Notes under the pieces: generated by a model
Told to the model about the DNA's origin: nothing
Databases searched by the model: none
What the model saw: only the letters and a program-made list of their open reading frames with translations
Part shown: positions 29,913 through 38,339 of the stretch, piece by piece
Numbering within the stretch: position 1 is the stretch's first letter
Layout: each line of letters begins with the position of its first letter
From: Candidatus Obscuribacteraceae bacterium
GTDB taxonomy: Bacteria; Cyanobacteriota; Vampirovibrionia; Obscuribacterales; Obscuribacteraceae
Assembly: GCA_044229845.1 (NCBI GenBank)
Contig: JBGASG010000007.1
Coordinates: forward strand, 221,844 to 285,843
Reading direction: 5' to 3'
DNA: 64,000 bases
Made by a program: the position numbers and the translations under genes

Positions 29913-32561
29913 TTGGAACACACTCGAGGTCCCAAGCCTTTCAACCGTGAGGTCGAAGTTGCCGCGCTGGCACGGGCGATTGTCGTCGAACGTCGCGCTC
30001 GTTATGTGGACTTTCGGGGACACCGTACAACTTTCTCTCAGTTCATGAGGCAGACGGCCGACAAACTCTGCAAACGATATCCACTTGAACCGCGATGGGC
30101 GACGATTCGCGGTTTGTACGTACAATACGCCAATCTGGATTTAGCCTCGAGAATGCATGTTTTGCGTCGTACCGAGGAACTACTGTTTGTGGACCAGCAA
30201 TCTGCTCCTGCTGCCACTGCCGATGGTGCAAGCAATCGCGAACCCGCAACAGACCGCCATAGTGCGCAGGGTGCGGCCAGCGATCAGGAGAAGATTCCGA
30301 ACACAACCAAGGCCTCGAGTTCCAAGACTGCGTCCAGTTCAAGGGCTGCATCGAGTTCGAACCCGGAATCGAATTCAAGCGCCGATGCCAGTGCCGGCGC
30401 CGGAAAGTCGAAAGCCTCTAATGGAAGTCGAAATCGAAAGGACCAGGATCCCGCTTCCGTGGAAGTGAAATTCGTCAAGGGCGTCGGACCGAAAATGTCG
30501 GAACTCTTTGAGAAACTTGGAATTTACACCGCCTGGGATCTGATTCGGCACTATCCACGTGAGCATGTAGACTTTCAGGACAAAGTGCCTATCAAGTCGT
30601 TGCAACCGGGACAGCGCGCAACAGTTTTTGGCATCATTCGAAACGTTGGTGCTTTTCAGTCAAGAAACAAGAACGTCTCGATAGTTTCGGTCACCATTAA
30701 CGATGGCACTGGCAGCATTTTGATCAGCCGATTCATTGGCGGCAAATCCAATCGGTATTTGTTGGAACGCTACAAGAATCAGTTCCCAAAAGGGGCTCAA
30801 GTGCTTGCGTCTGGCACCGTGGAGCTTGATTCGTATTCCGGCCGCAAGCAGCTTCGCAATGCGGAAGTGGAAGTTTTGGCAGCGGGAGGAGGTTTAGACG
30901 ATCAAGAATCATTGCATGCCGGACGGCTTGTGCCCGTATATCCGCTAACCGAGGGGATAAGTCTGCGCTATGTGCGCACTGTAATGCACAACGCACTGGA
31001 AGCATTCGGGCCCTCGATTCGTGATCCACTGCCACCGGAGATTCGCCGGCAATATGATTTGGTGGGACTCTCGGAGGCTATCTGGGGCATACATTTTCCA
31101 GAAGACCTGGACATGAAAGATGCCGCGCGGCGGCGTCTGGTTTTCGACGAATTGTTTGCCATGCAACTGCAGCTGGCCATGCGCCGTTACAAGATGGACT
31201 CTGTTGAGAATGCCCTATCGCTCGATTCTAGAGAATCCGGCAGCGTTGAGAAGTTCCTCGCTCAACTTCCGTTCAAGCTGACGTCGGCGCAGGACCGTGT
31301 TTTCCTGCAGATTCGCCAAGACCTGGCATCCAGTAAGCCGATGCATCGATTGGTTCAGGGCGATGTAGGTTCCGGTAAAACGGTGGTTGCCGCGATGGCC
31401 TGTCTGGTGGCAATCGACAATGGGTATCAGGTTGCGGTGATGGCTCCTACGGAAATTTTGGCGGAACAGCATTATCGACACTTCCAGAATTGGTTTTCTG
31501 CGCTTGGTCTGCGCTGCGGACTTTTCCTGGGAAAACAGGGCGCTAAAGAACGCCGTCTCATTCAGCAAGACTTGCGCAGCGGGCAGATACACGTCGCGAT
31601 CGGCACGCATGCACTGCTCGAGGACGATGTTGAGTTCAACAAGCTCGGCATGATCGTGATCGATGAACAGCATCGCTTTGGAGTCAAGCAGAGAGCTAAA
31701 TTGAAGGCGAAGGGTGTAAACCCGGAGCTGCTCACGATGACTGCGACACCAATCCCGCGCACCCTGGCATTGACGCTCCATGGCGATCTGGATGTGTCGG
31801 AGATTGATGAGCTGCCCCCCGGTCGCAAACCGGTGAAAACAGAGCTGAAGACTCCCACGCAAAAAAGAGCCATATTCGATTTTGTTTGTCAGCAAGTCAT
31901 GGAGGGGCGGCAGGCCTATATCGTCTTTCCGCTGATCGACGAATCAGAAACCCTGGCTGCCAAGGCGGCCACCGCTGAATATGAGCGCTTGCGCTTTGAA
32001 GACCTCAGCACGTGCAAAGTTGGACTCATGCATGGCAAGCTCAAACCGGCCGAAAAAGACGAAGTGATGGAGAAATTTCGCAAAAAAGAGTTTGACGTGT
32101 TGGTCTGCACAACAGTCATCGAAGTGGGTGTCGATGTTCCGAATGCGAGCGTGATGGTAATCGAAAACGCCGATCGGTTTGGTCTTGCGCAACTTCATCA
32201 ATTGCGTGGACGGGTAGGAAGAGGTGCTGACCAGTCGTACTGTTTCCTAATCTCGAATAGTTCGTCCGAGCCAACGCGCCAAAGGCTCGAGGTAATGACA
32301 CAAACTAACGATGGCTTTGTAATCGCAGAAAAGGATCTGCAAATTCGTGGGCCGGGCGAGTTCCTCGGAGTTCGCCAAAGCGGGTTGCCGGATCTGTTGC
32401 TGGCCGACATGGTTAATGACGCCAAGATACTCGAGGAAGCGCGCCACGCAGCCATTAACCTGATAAAGACCGATCCGGAACTGAAGCACCATCTCGGTCT
32501 ACGCAATCAGGTTCGACGGACCCTCAGCAAAGATCAACTCGATTTGGTCGCATCGGGCTAA
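29913..32561 (+). CDS. recG: ATP-dependent DNA helicase RecG with N-terminal extension
   Basis: QGDVGSGKT, IDEQHRFG, MTATPIPR and QLRGRVGRG motifs. Confidence 0.95.
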   Translation: MEHTRGPKPFNREVEVAALARAIVVERRARYVDFRGHRTTFSQFMRQTADKLCKRYPLEPRWATIRGLYVQYANLDLASRMHVLRRTEELLFVDQQSAPAATADGASNREPATDRHSAQGAASDQEKIPNTTKASSSKTASSSRAASSSNPESNSSADASAGAGKSKASNGSRNRKDQDPASVEVKFVKGVGPKMSELFEKLGIYTAWDLIRHYPREHVDFQDKVPIKSLQPGQRATVFGIIRNVGAFQSRNKNVSIVSVTINDGTGSILISRFIGGKSNRYLLERYKNQFPKGAQVLASGTVELDSYSGRKQLRNAEVEVLAAGGGLDDQESLHAGRLVPVYPLTEGISLRYVRTVMHNALEAFGPSIRDPLPPEIRRQYDLVGLSEAIWGIHFPEDLDMKDAARRRLVFDELFAMQLQLAMRRYKMDSVENALSLDSRESGSVEKFLAQLPFKLTSAQDRVFLQIRQDLASSKPMHRLVQGDVGSGKTVVAAMACLVAIDNGYQVAVMAPTEILAEQHYRHFQNWFSALGLRCGLFLGKQGAKERRLIQQDLRSGQIHVAIGTHALLEDDVEFNKLGMIVIDEQHRFGVKQRAKLKAKGVNPELLTMTATPIPRTLALTLHGDLDVSEIDELPPGRKPVKTELKTPTQKRAIFDFVCQQVMEGRQAYIVFPLIDESETLAAKAATAEYERLRFEDLSTCKVGLMHGKLKPAEKDEVMEKFRKKEFDVLVCTTVIEVGVDVPNASVMVIENADRFGLAQLHQLRGRVGRGADQSYCFLISNSSSEPTRQRLEVMTQTNDGFVIAEKDLQIRGPGEFLGVRQSGLPDLLLADMVNDAKILEEARHAAINLIKTDPELKHHLGLRNQVRRTLSKDQLDLVASG

Positions 32562-32601
32562 CTTCAGACCCAAATCTATCCACAGGATCCGCGCACTAGT
32601 C

Positions 32602-32639
32602 AAGAAAAATCTGAACCGATATCGGTTCAGATTTTTCTT
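32602..32639. repeat. palindromic repeat, copy 8 (core 32614-32627), longest copy
   Basis: 38-bp perfect palindrome aagaaaaatctgAACCGATATCGGTTcagatttttctt. Confidence 0.97.
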
Positions 32640-32700
32640 TCGTCGATTGAACTTTTTACCCGCTTGCGACGTTGTATACCTAGGCACATCGAGAGATACC

Positions 32701-33735
32701 ATGAACGAACTTCCATCCAGGCAATTGGACGACGACGCCAGCGCGAGCTTCATCGCAGAGTTCGACAGGCGCTTCCCCACTAACTTCCACTGCGTTATCG
32801 AACTGCGTCGCAGGGCTACAGGCGAGCAAGACCTTGTCTGCCAATGCGGAAGCGGCAACATCAAGATAAAGGATGATCGGAACGCGGAATGTCTTGAATG
32901 CGGGGAGCAATTCTGGTTGCTGGCGGATACCTTTTTTCATGGCATACGCAGACCTCGGGCTTATTTGCTGTTGATTGAAATGTTCGCAGAAGGTGTATTC
33001 ATCAATACGTCCCAGTTTCAGAAGGAGGCGCAGGTTGCATACTCGACAGCTCTGGGCATCTTCAAGAAGTTAACCATGGTTATCGCCGGCGGCATGAATG
33101 ACGGTGTTGAAGTTCCGTCGCACCTTTTTTCTCCGGGTTTCTGCAAGCGAAGCAAAGTCACACCTGCCGGAGAGCACCCTCGAAATGAAGAACGAGTTGC
33201 AGCTCCTCATCTAAATCCCAACCTGTCCATTCGGCAAGTAGACTCCTTGATACCAAATCCGGTGACCGATGAAAGCGCTTTGTCAGACGCGGACCTGGAA
33301 GTCCTCAATATGCTGACTGCGGACCCCATCCAATTTGATGCACTATTCGAGCGGACAGAAATGAGTGTGAGTACTCTGCTTTCTTCACTAACCGTCCTTG
33401 AGTTGTCTGGATTCGTCCTGCGTTTGAGTGCAGACAGATATGCATTGAGCCCGGAGGTTCGAACTAATCCAAATGATGATACCGTCGACTCCGACCGGCT
33501 CCCGGTGCGACAGGCGATTCTGGAAACAGTGGCCACGATTCTCAACTGGATAAAGAGTAGTTTCCACGGTATCAGTCGAAAATATCTTCAGAACTATCTT
33601 GCAGCGTATTGGTGTCTGAGAGACAGAGCGACCTGGAATCCGGGCGCGCTTGCTCGAGCATGTATCGATGCCGATGCCATAAGCGATCAGGTAATCCTTG
33701 CTTATGTCTCACCGCCCCTTGTCCGAATGATTTGA
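32701..33735 (+). CDS. IS1595-transposase-derived protein with an internal DprA-type winged-helix domain
   Basis: N-terminal EFDRRFPT..C, CQC..CLEC zinc ribbon, TFFHG and YSTA..IFKKL HTH; central winged helix; C-terminal FHGISRKYLQNYLAAY. Confidence 0.7.
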   Translation: MNELPSRQLDDDASASFIAEFDRRFPTNFHCVIELRRRATGEQDLVCQCGSGNIKIKDDRNAECLECGEQFWLLADTFFHGIRRPRAYLLLIEMFAEGVFINTSQFQKEAQVAYSTALGIFKKLTMVIAGGMNDGVEVPSHLFSPGFCKRSKVTPAGEHPRNEERVAAPHLNPNLSIRQVDSLIPNPVTDESALSDADLEVLNMLTADPIQFDALFERTEMSVSTLLSSLTVLELSGFVLRLSADRYALSPEVRTNPNDDTVDSDRLPVRQAILETVATILNWIKSSFHGISRKYLQNYLAAYWCLRDRATWNPGALARACIDADAISDQVILAYVSPPLVRMI

Positions 33736-33742
33736 CAGTCCC

Positions 33743-34432
33743 TCAATAAACTTGTGTGCCGAACTGCTGCAACAGGCGCGCGAGAAGCGGATCGTCTTCG
33801 CTCAAGTTATAACCCTCTGTATAGATTCTCTTGAGGGTTGCAACGAGTGTCGGAGTGTCCAAGGTCTGACCCGCGAATGGGAACCAGAGCAATTCACCAG
33901 GGACAGGCGGACCTCCGTTATAGTTTGGAAACCAGTAGTCTATGTCCAGTGGTTGCAATCCAAGTTTCATAAAAAAGCTTTTGCGCTTAGTTCTCACGAG
34001 CATGGCTTCGGGAGCCACGCCAGTCTCTTTCGTCGATTCGATCTCGCTGAAAAGGCCCAGAAAGGCGGGGTATTCGTTTTGCAGCAATTGCTCGCACCGT
34101 TTCCGGTGCACGGTTCCGATTCCGCAACCGCGGAGTGAATTGAGAACTGCGGTATAACAAGCTAGAAGGAACCGTGGACCACGACTGCGGGGCTTCTCTC
34201 GAAAGACTTCAGTGATGGTCATGCAGAGAATCTCGCCTTCTGAATCTCTGGTCTCGTCAAGCTCCATGTCTCCGGTACGAATCTGAGATCGAATATCATC
34301 CAGAGGCTGTCGTTGCTCCGCCGGAAATGCCTCCTCGTATAGCGCCACCCATTCGAGATTGTCTGCTGTGCCGTCCTTGCAAACGTGCAAAGTCTTTTGT
34401 CCTAGCGGAGTATTCACTACGGCTGTATCCAC
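33743..34432 (-). CDS. GNAT-like acetyltransferase-fold protein
   Basis: LYEEAFPAEQR, YTAVLNSLRGCGIG (acetyl-CoA loop) and RKSFFMKLG. Confidence 0.65.
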   Translation of the reverse strand: MDTAVVNTPLGQKTLHVCKDGTADNLEWVALYEEAFPAEQRQPLDDIRSQIRTGDMELDETRDSEGEILCMTITEVFREKPRSRGPRFLLACYTAVLNSLRGCGIGTVHRKRCEQLLQNEYPAFLGLFSEIESTKETGVAPEAMLVRTKRKSFFMKLGLQPLDIDYWFPNYNGGPPVPGELLWFPFAGQTLDTPTLVATLKRIYTEGYNLSEDDPLLARLLQQFGTQVY

Positions 34433-34520
34433 GCTCGAGTCCTCGTTAGTTGATTGAAGTATAAATCGTTCGGAAACTCCATGGCTTGCCGACCGAAGCT
34501 GTGGGCTTCATGCTTAAATT

Positions 34521-34548
34521 AAAGCTCAACCGATATCGGTTTAGATTT
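34521..34548. repeat. palindromic repeat, copy 9 (core 34528-34541)
   Basis: aaagctc-AACCGATATCGGTT-tagattt. Confidence 0.95.
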
Positions 34549-34748
34549 GGGGCGGCCACCCGGTCAGAGTTTTCGATAAGGCCTGTAAGAAGCCAAAACT
34601 TTGCCAAATTTATCTGCTAGCTTGTAATCGAGCCAATGGCTCAATTACCAATCCCGCGCAATACATAGAACTAGCGTCCCCGCAGGGCGCGGACTCGCTG
34701 CATCGGTTCATGGCACCCACGTGAACCGAGAGAAAAGAGGAGTATTTC

Positions 34749-35372
34749 ATGGTCTCCCAAACGCAAGAGTTGGACTTCAGTATCACCCCCAGTCCGACTA
34801 ATTTTGAAGGCATCACTGGCATCGCAGGCCATGCCGGAAGCAATGGAGACGGCCTGAGAAGTGAGTTTCTTGCTGGAATCTCCGACGTAGCCAGTAACGT
34901 GAAGAGCTTCTTGGTTCTTGGAGACCAGAGTGCTGGCGACCATCAGCTAGGACATGTCAAATTCTTTGATAGTAAGTTGAAGGTCGACCCCATCCGCGCG
35001 GCAGCCGAGGAGGTGATACTGGGAGGCTGGTCGCAGCAAGACTTGAATAAACTGGCGCAAGAACGCGAAAAGTATAACAAGGAGTTCAAATGGTGGGCGG
35101 CTGGTGCCGGCATCGGGATCGAGCCTCCTAAGCCGGGCGAGACCATGCAGCGCCTTGAACGTGAAACTCAGCAGGTGATAGCGCATGCTCAGCAAATTGT
35201 CGAAAAGGATTTCGATATGGCTGGAGTGCAAAAAGAGCGAGATCAGTATGACCAAGCGCTGAAACGCCGTTCCATGCAAATCGGTATTGGAATTCCATGG
35301 CCCGAACCGGGCGGTTTGATAAAAGAATACGAGAGGCAGGTCATTCGCCGCATCAACCAGCTGCAGAAGTAG
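34749..35372 (+). CDS. hypothetical protein with an internal duplication
   Basis: AGAGGAG RBS; two copies of ER..Y......GIGI..P.PG......ER. Confidence 0.65.
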   Translation: MVSQTQELDFSITPSPTNFEGITGIAGHAGSNGDGLRSEFLAGISDVASNVKSFLVLGDQSAGDHQLGHVKFFDSKLKVDPIRAAAEEVILGGWSQQDLNKLAQEREKYNKEFKWWAAGAGIGIEPPKPGETMQRLERETQQVIAHAQQIVEKDFDMAGVQKERDQYDQALKRRSMQIGIGIPWPEPGGLIKEYERQVIRRINQLQK

Positions 35373-35396
35373 GCAAAGTAGCCAGGAGAACCGCGA

Positions 35397-35443
35397 TAGA
35401 CAAAGCCTGAGTAGACAAAGCCTGAGTAGACGAAGCCTGAGTA
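35397..35443. repeat. tandem repeat, 3 x 15 bp (TAGACAAAGCCTGAG)
   Basis: Two exact units and one with a single mismatch, between convergent genes. Confidence 0.9.
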
Positions 35444-35499
35444 TCTACGCGATGAGTGGAGGCCGTGGAAAAGGTTGTGTGGGGAGTTGAGCAGCTAGC

Positions 35500-37689
35500 T
35501 CAGTGGAGGACTCCCGGAGTAGCTGTGGTGCGCAGGTCCGGTGCTATGGGCGGCGCACCACGTGTTCCATCGGTGCCGGTGCTCGGCGCTGGCGCTCCGC
35601 TGGTCGTGGATCCGAGGTCACCGGTTGCCGATTGACCGCGCTGCCCTGATGTGATGTTTTTCAACTTGCTAAGCTGCTCGCGCGCTTGATTGCTGTAAGT
35701 CCCTGATGGCTCAAGAGCTACGTAATTTTCAAAGGCGGCGATGGCGTCGCTCGTCGCACTCTGCTGCAAATACAGAACGGCAAGTGCGTAATACGCCGGT
35801 GCAAAGTTCGCATCAAGCTGAATTGCCGATTTGTACTGCTCCAATGCGCCGGCTAAGTCGTTCAGTCCGACCAGAGAAAGACCAAGATCGTAGTGACCTT
35901 CAACATTCTTAGAGTCGATTGCCAAAGCCTTTTTGTAGGAATCAGATGCATCGGCATATGACTGCTGGTTCAAATAGATGTTTCCTAGGTTGATATAACC
36001 CTCGGCGAAGTTAGCGTCCAGTGAGATAGCCTGTTTGTACTGCGACATGGCACCATTCAGATCGCGATTTTTCTGCAGCGCTAGCCCCAGGTCATTGAAG
36101 GCCCCAGGAGACTTGGGATTCAGCTGGACGATCTTCTGATAGAGAGAAATTGCTTCTTCGTTCTTGTTTTGATCGCTGAGATTTTCGGCGAGATCTTGCA
36201 TGACGTCAGCATTGTTCGGATCGTCCGCCAACACTTTGCGATAGATCTGTTCCGCGGCGGGATAATTCTTTTCAGTCTGATTGACCTCAGCCAGAGCCAA
36301 TTTGATTTGATTGTTGTAGGGCGCGAGTGTCGCTGCGCTCTCCAGGGCAGAACGAGCACCAACCAAATCCTTCAGTTTCAATAGAGCCGAGCCCAGCTCC
36401 AGGTAAGCGGACCAATCACTGGACTCCAACGATAGACCCTGCCGGTAGTATTGAACAGCCTGCGCGAGATCCCCGCGCAAAATGAATGTCCGACCCAAAT
36501 TGATCATGGCCTGTCCATCTTCTGGATTGGCCGCCAGAACCGTGCGAAACTCACGTTCGGCGCTGTCGAAATCTTTCAATTCCTTTTTTACCAATCCCAG
36601 ATTGTAGTGGGCGTTGCTGTTTTTAGGGTTCAAAGCAATAGTGCGTTCATACGATGCAGACGCATTGTTGAGGTCGCCTATCTGCTGATATAGAAATCCC
36701 ATGTTGTACGCAGAGCTTGCATCACGAGGGTTCAATGTCAACGCAGTCTGATATTCGCCGATCGCGCTGTTAAAGTCTTTCAGCTGCGCGAGCACTCCGC
36801 CAAGTTGCGAGTGCCACTGCGGAACGTTGTCTTTGAGCGAAATTGCCGTGCGCAACTCGTCGGCTGCATCTTTGTTCTGTCCTTTGACGGATAGCGCGGT
36901 GGCTAACATCTGGTGGGGCTCCGCAACCTTAGCGTCGATAGCGATAGCCTTCTTCAGCTCAGTCTGTGCGCCGTCGTAATCCTTTAGGCAGAGCAGTGAG
37001 TAAGCCAAGTTGTAGTGCAACGAGAAGTTATTGGGATCGAAGGACAAGATGTATTTGTACTCGTTGGCTGCCTGCTGGTGCAGATTTTTGTCCTGATAGG
37101 ATGCAGCCAGTTGTGAACGAGCTTTGAGATTATCCGGATAGGAAGCAATCACCTGTTTTAGTTCGTCGATTGCATTGTCGGTGCGTCCGGCAGCCCGCAA
37201 TGCCATCCCCAGGTTGAGGTGCATGAGTGGCGTGTCGGGTCGCAGTTTCACGGCTTCGGTGTATTGTTCGATAGCATCGTTCAAACGTCCCTGGCTCTGC
37301 AGCAAAAGTCCGAGACTTTCTCTGGCGAAGGCATCATAGGGACGTATTTTGATGGCGCGGACATACTCTGCAATGGCGTCTTCTGTATCTCCGTGCTGCT
37401 CCAGCGCGGCCGCCAAACTCAAGTGGATGAGCGGATCGTCAGGCATGCTCAACGCCACCACTTTGAAGGAAGCTATCGCCGGTTCCAGATCGCCGTGTTT
37501 GAAGTAAGCGACTCCCTGATCGTATTTTTCCAGCAGGGCTTTCGGCATTGCCGGCTGCTGAGCTACATCAGCACCCGATACCGGCGAGCTCCCGACTGAG
37601 ATTGGCAAACTCAGAGCCAGGCACAGGATTATCCGCTTCAAACCAGAACCCTCCCCATCAAAGAAGAAGATGATGTAATCAGGGGCCAT
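35500..37689 (-). CDS. secreted multi-TPR protein
   Basis: Signal peptide followed by many 34-aa TPR units (AHYNLG...A...Y..AI.L.P). Confidence 0.88.
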   Translation of the reverse strand: MAPDYIIFFFDGEGSGLKRIILCLALSLPISVGSSPVSGADVAQQPAMPKALLEKYDQGVAYFKHGDLEPAIASFKVVALSMPDDPLIHLSLAAALEQHGDTEDAIAEYVRAIKIRPYDAFARESLGLLLQSQGRLNDAIEQYTEAVKLRPDTPLMHLNLGMALRAAGRTDNAIDELKQVIASYPDNLKARSQLAASYQDKNLHQQAANEYKYILSFDPNNFSLHYNLAYSLLCLKDYDGAQTELKKAIAIDAKVAEPHQMLATALSVKGQNKDAADELRTAISLKDNVPQWHSQLGGVLAQLKDFNSAIGEYQTALTLNPRDASSAYNMGFLYQQIGDLNNASASYERTIALNPKNSNAHYNLGLVKKELKDFDSAEREFRTVLAANPEDGQAMINLGRTFILRGDLAQAVQYYRQGLSLESSDWSAYLELGSALLKLKDLVGARSALESAATLAPYNNQIKLALAEVNQTEKNYPAAEQIYRKVLADDPNNADVMQDLAENLSDQNKNEEAISLYQKIVQLNPKSPGAFNDLGLALQKNRDLNGAMSQYKQAISLDANFAEGYINLGNIYLNQQSYADASDSYKKALAIDSKNVEGHYDLGLSLVGLNDLAGALEQYKSAIQLDANFAPAYYALAVLYLQQSATSDAIAAFENYVALEPSGTYSNQAREQLSKLKNITSGQRGQSATGDLGSTTSGAPAPSTGTDGTRGAPPIAPDLRTTATPGVLH

Positions 37690-38339
37690 TATCGCGTACC
37701 GGCTCCATATAAAAGGAAAGCGAGACGCCCGATAACGCTCTATATGAGCTGGTTTTTAAGAGATGGCATAAATGTAGCTGCCGCGCTGTTGGTGGTACTG
37801 CGTGCGTGCAGCGGAAACTTTTCGGGCCCCTGCACTATCTAACCCCGTAGCCAAGCGCTTGCGAGCGCGAAAAAACCTTGGACAGTTTGGATAACTTCCG
37901 TACACATTTTTTGGACAGGTTGCACATTGCCCCGAAACGGGGCGCGGGTGTACATTAAGAGTAGGTGATCCACAGGAAATGAGTCACGGCGAGCCCTTTC
38001 TCGGGCGCGCAAGTTTCGATTGTCGTATGAATAAAACGAGAACAATCCTTTCCAGCTTTCTGTAGCAGTAGCAGCCTTGGTTGCGCACTGCAGACCGTAA
38101 AACAGCCATTCTCTAAGTGTGCGAAGTCGAGTCAACAAGGCTCGATGAGGGTGTCTGACGCCATATTTGGTGTCACTGTTCGAAGAACCGCACGAACCTC
38201 AATAAATCAGACTTAGTGAATAGCTCATACGGCATGCAGTAACAGTGCAAATGCGGCATATGTTCTTGCCCGCTGGGCACTGCAAAAGGCGAAATGCGCG
38301 ACCACCCCGAGTCTACTGTGTCCTTAAGTGGTGATTTTT

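Noticed and set aside
32602..33760. An intact, active IS1595 element
   Set aside because: I found no terminal inverted repeats or target duplication, and the catalytic core is not recognisable
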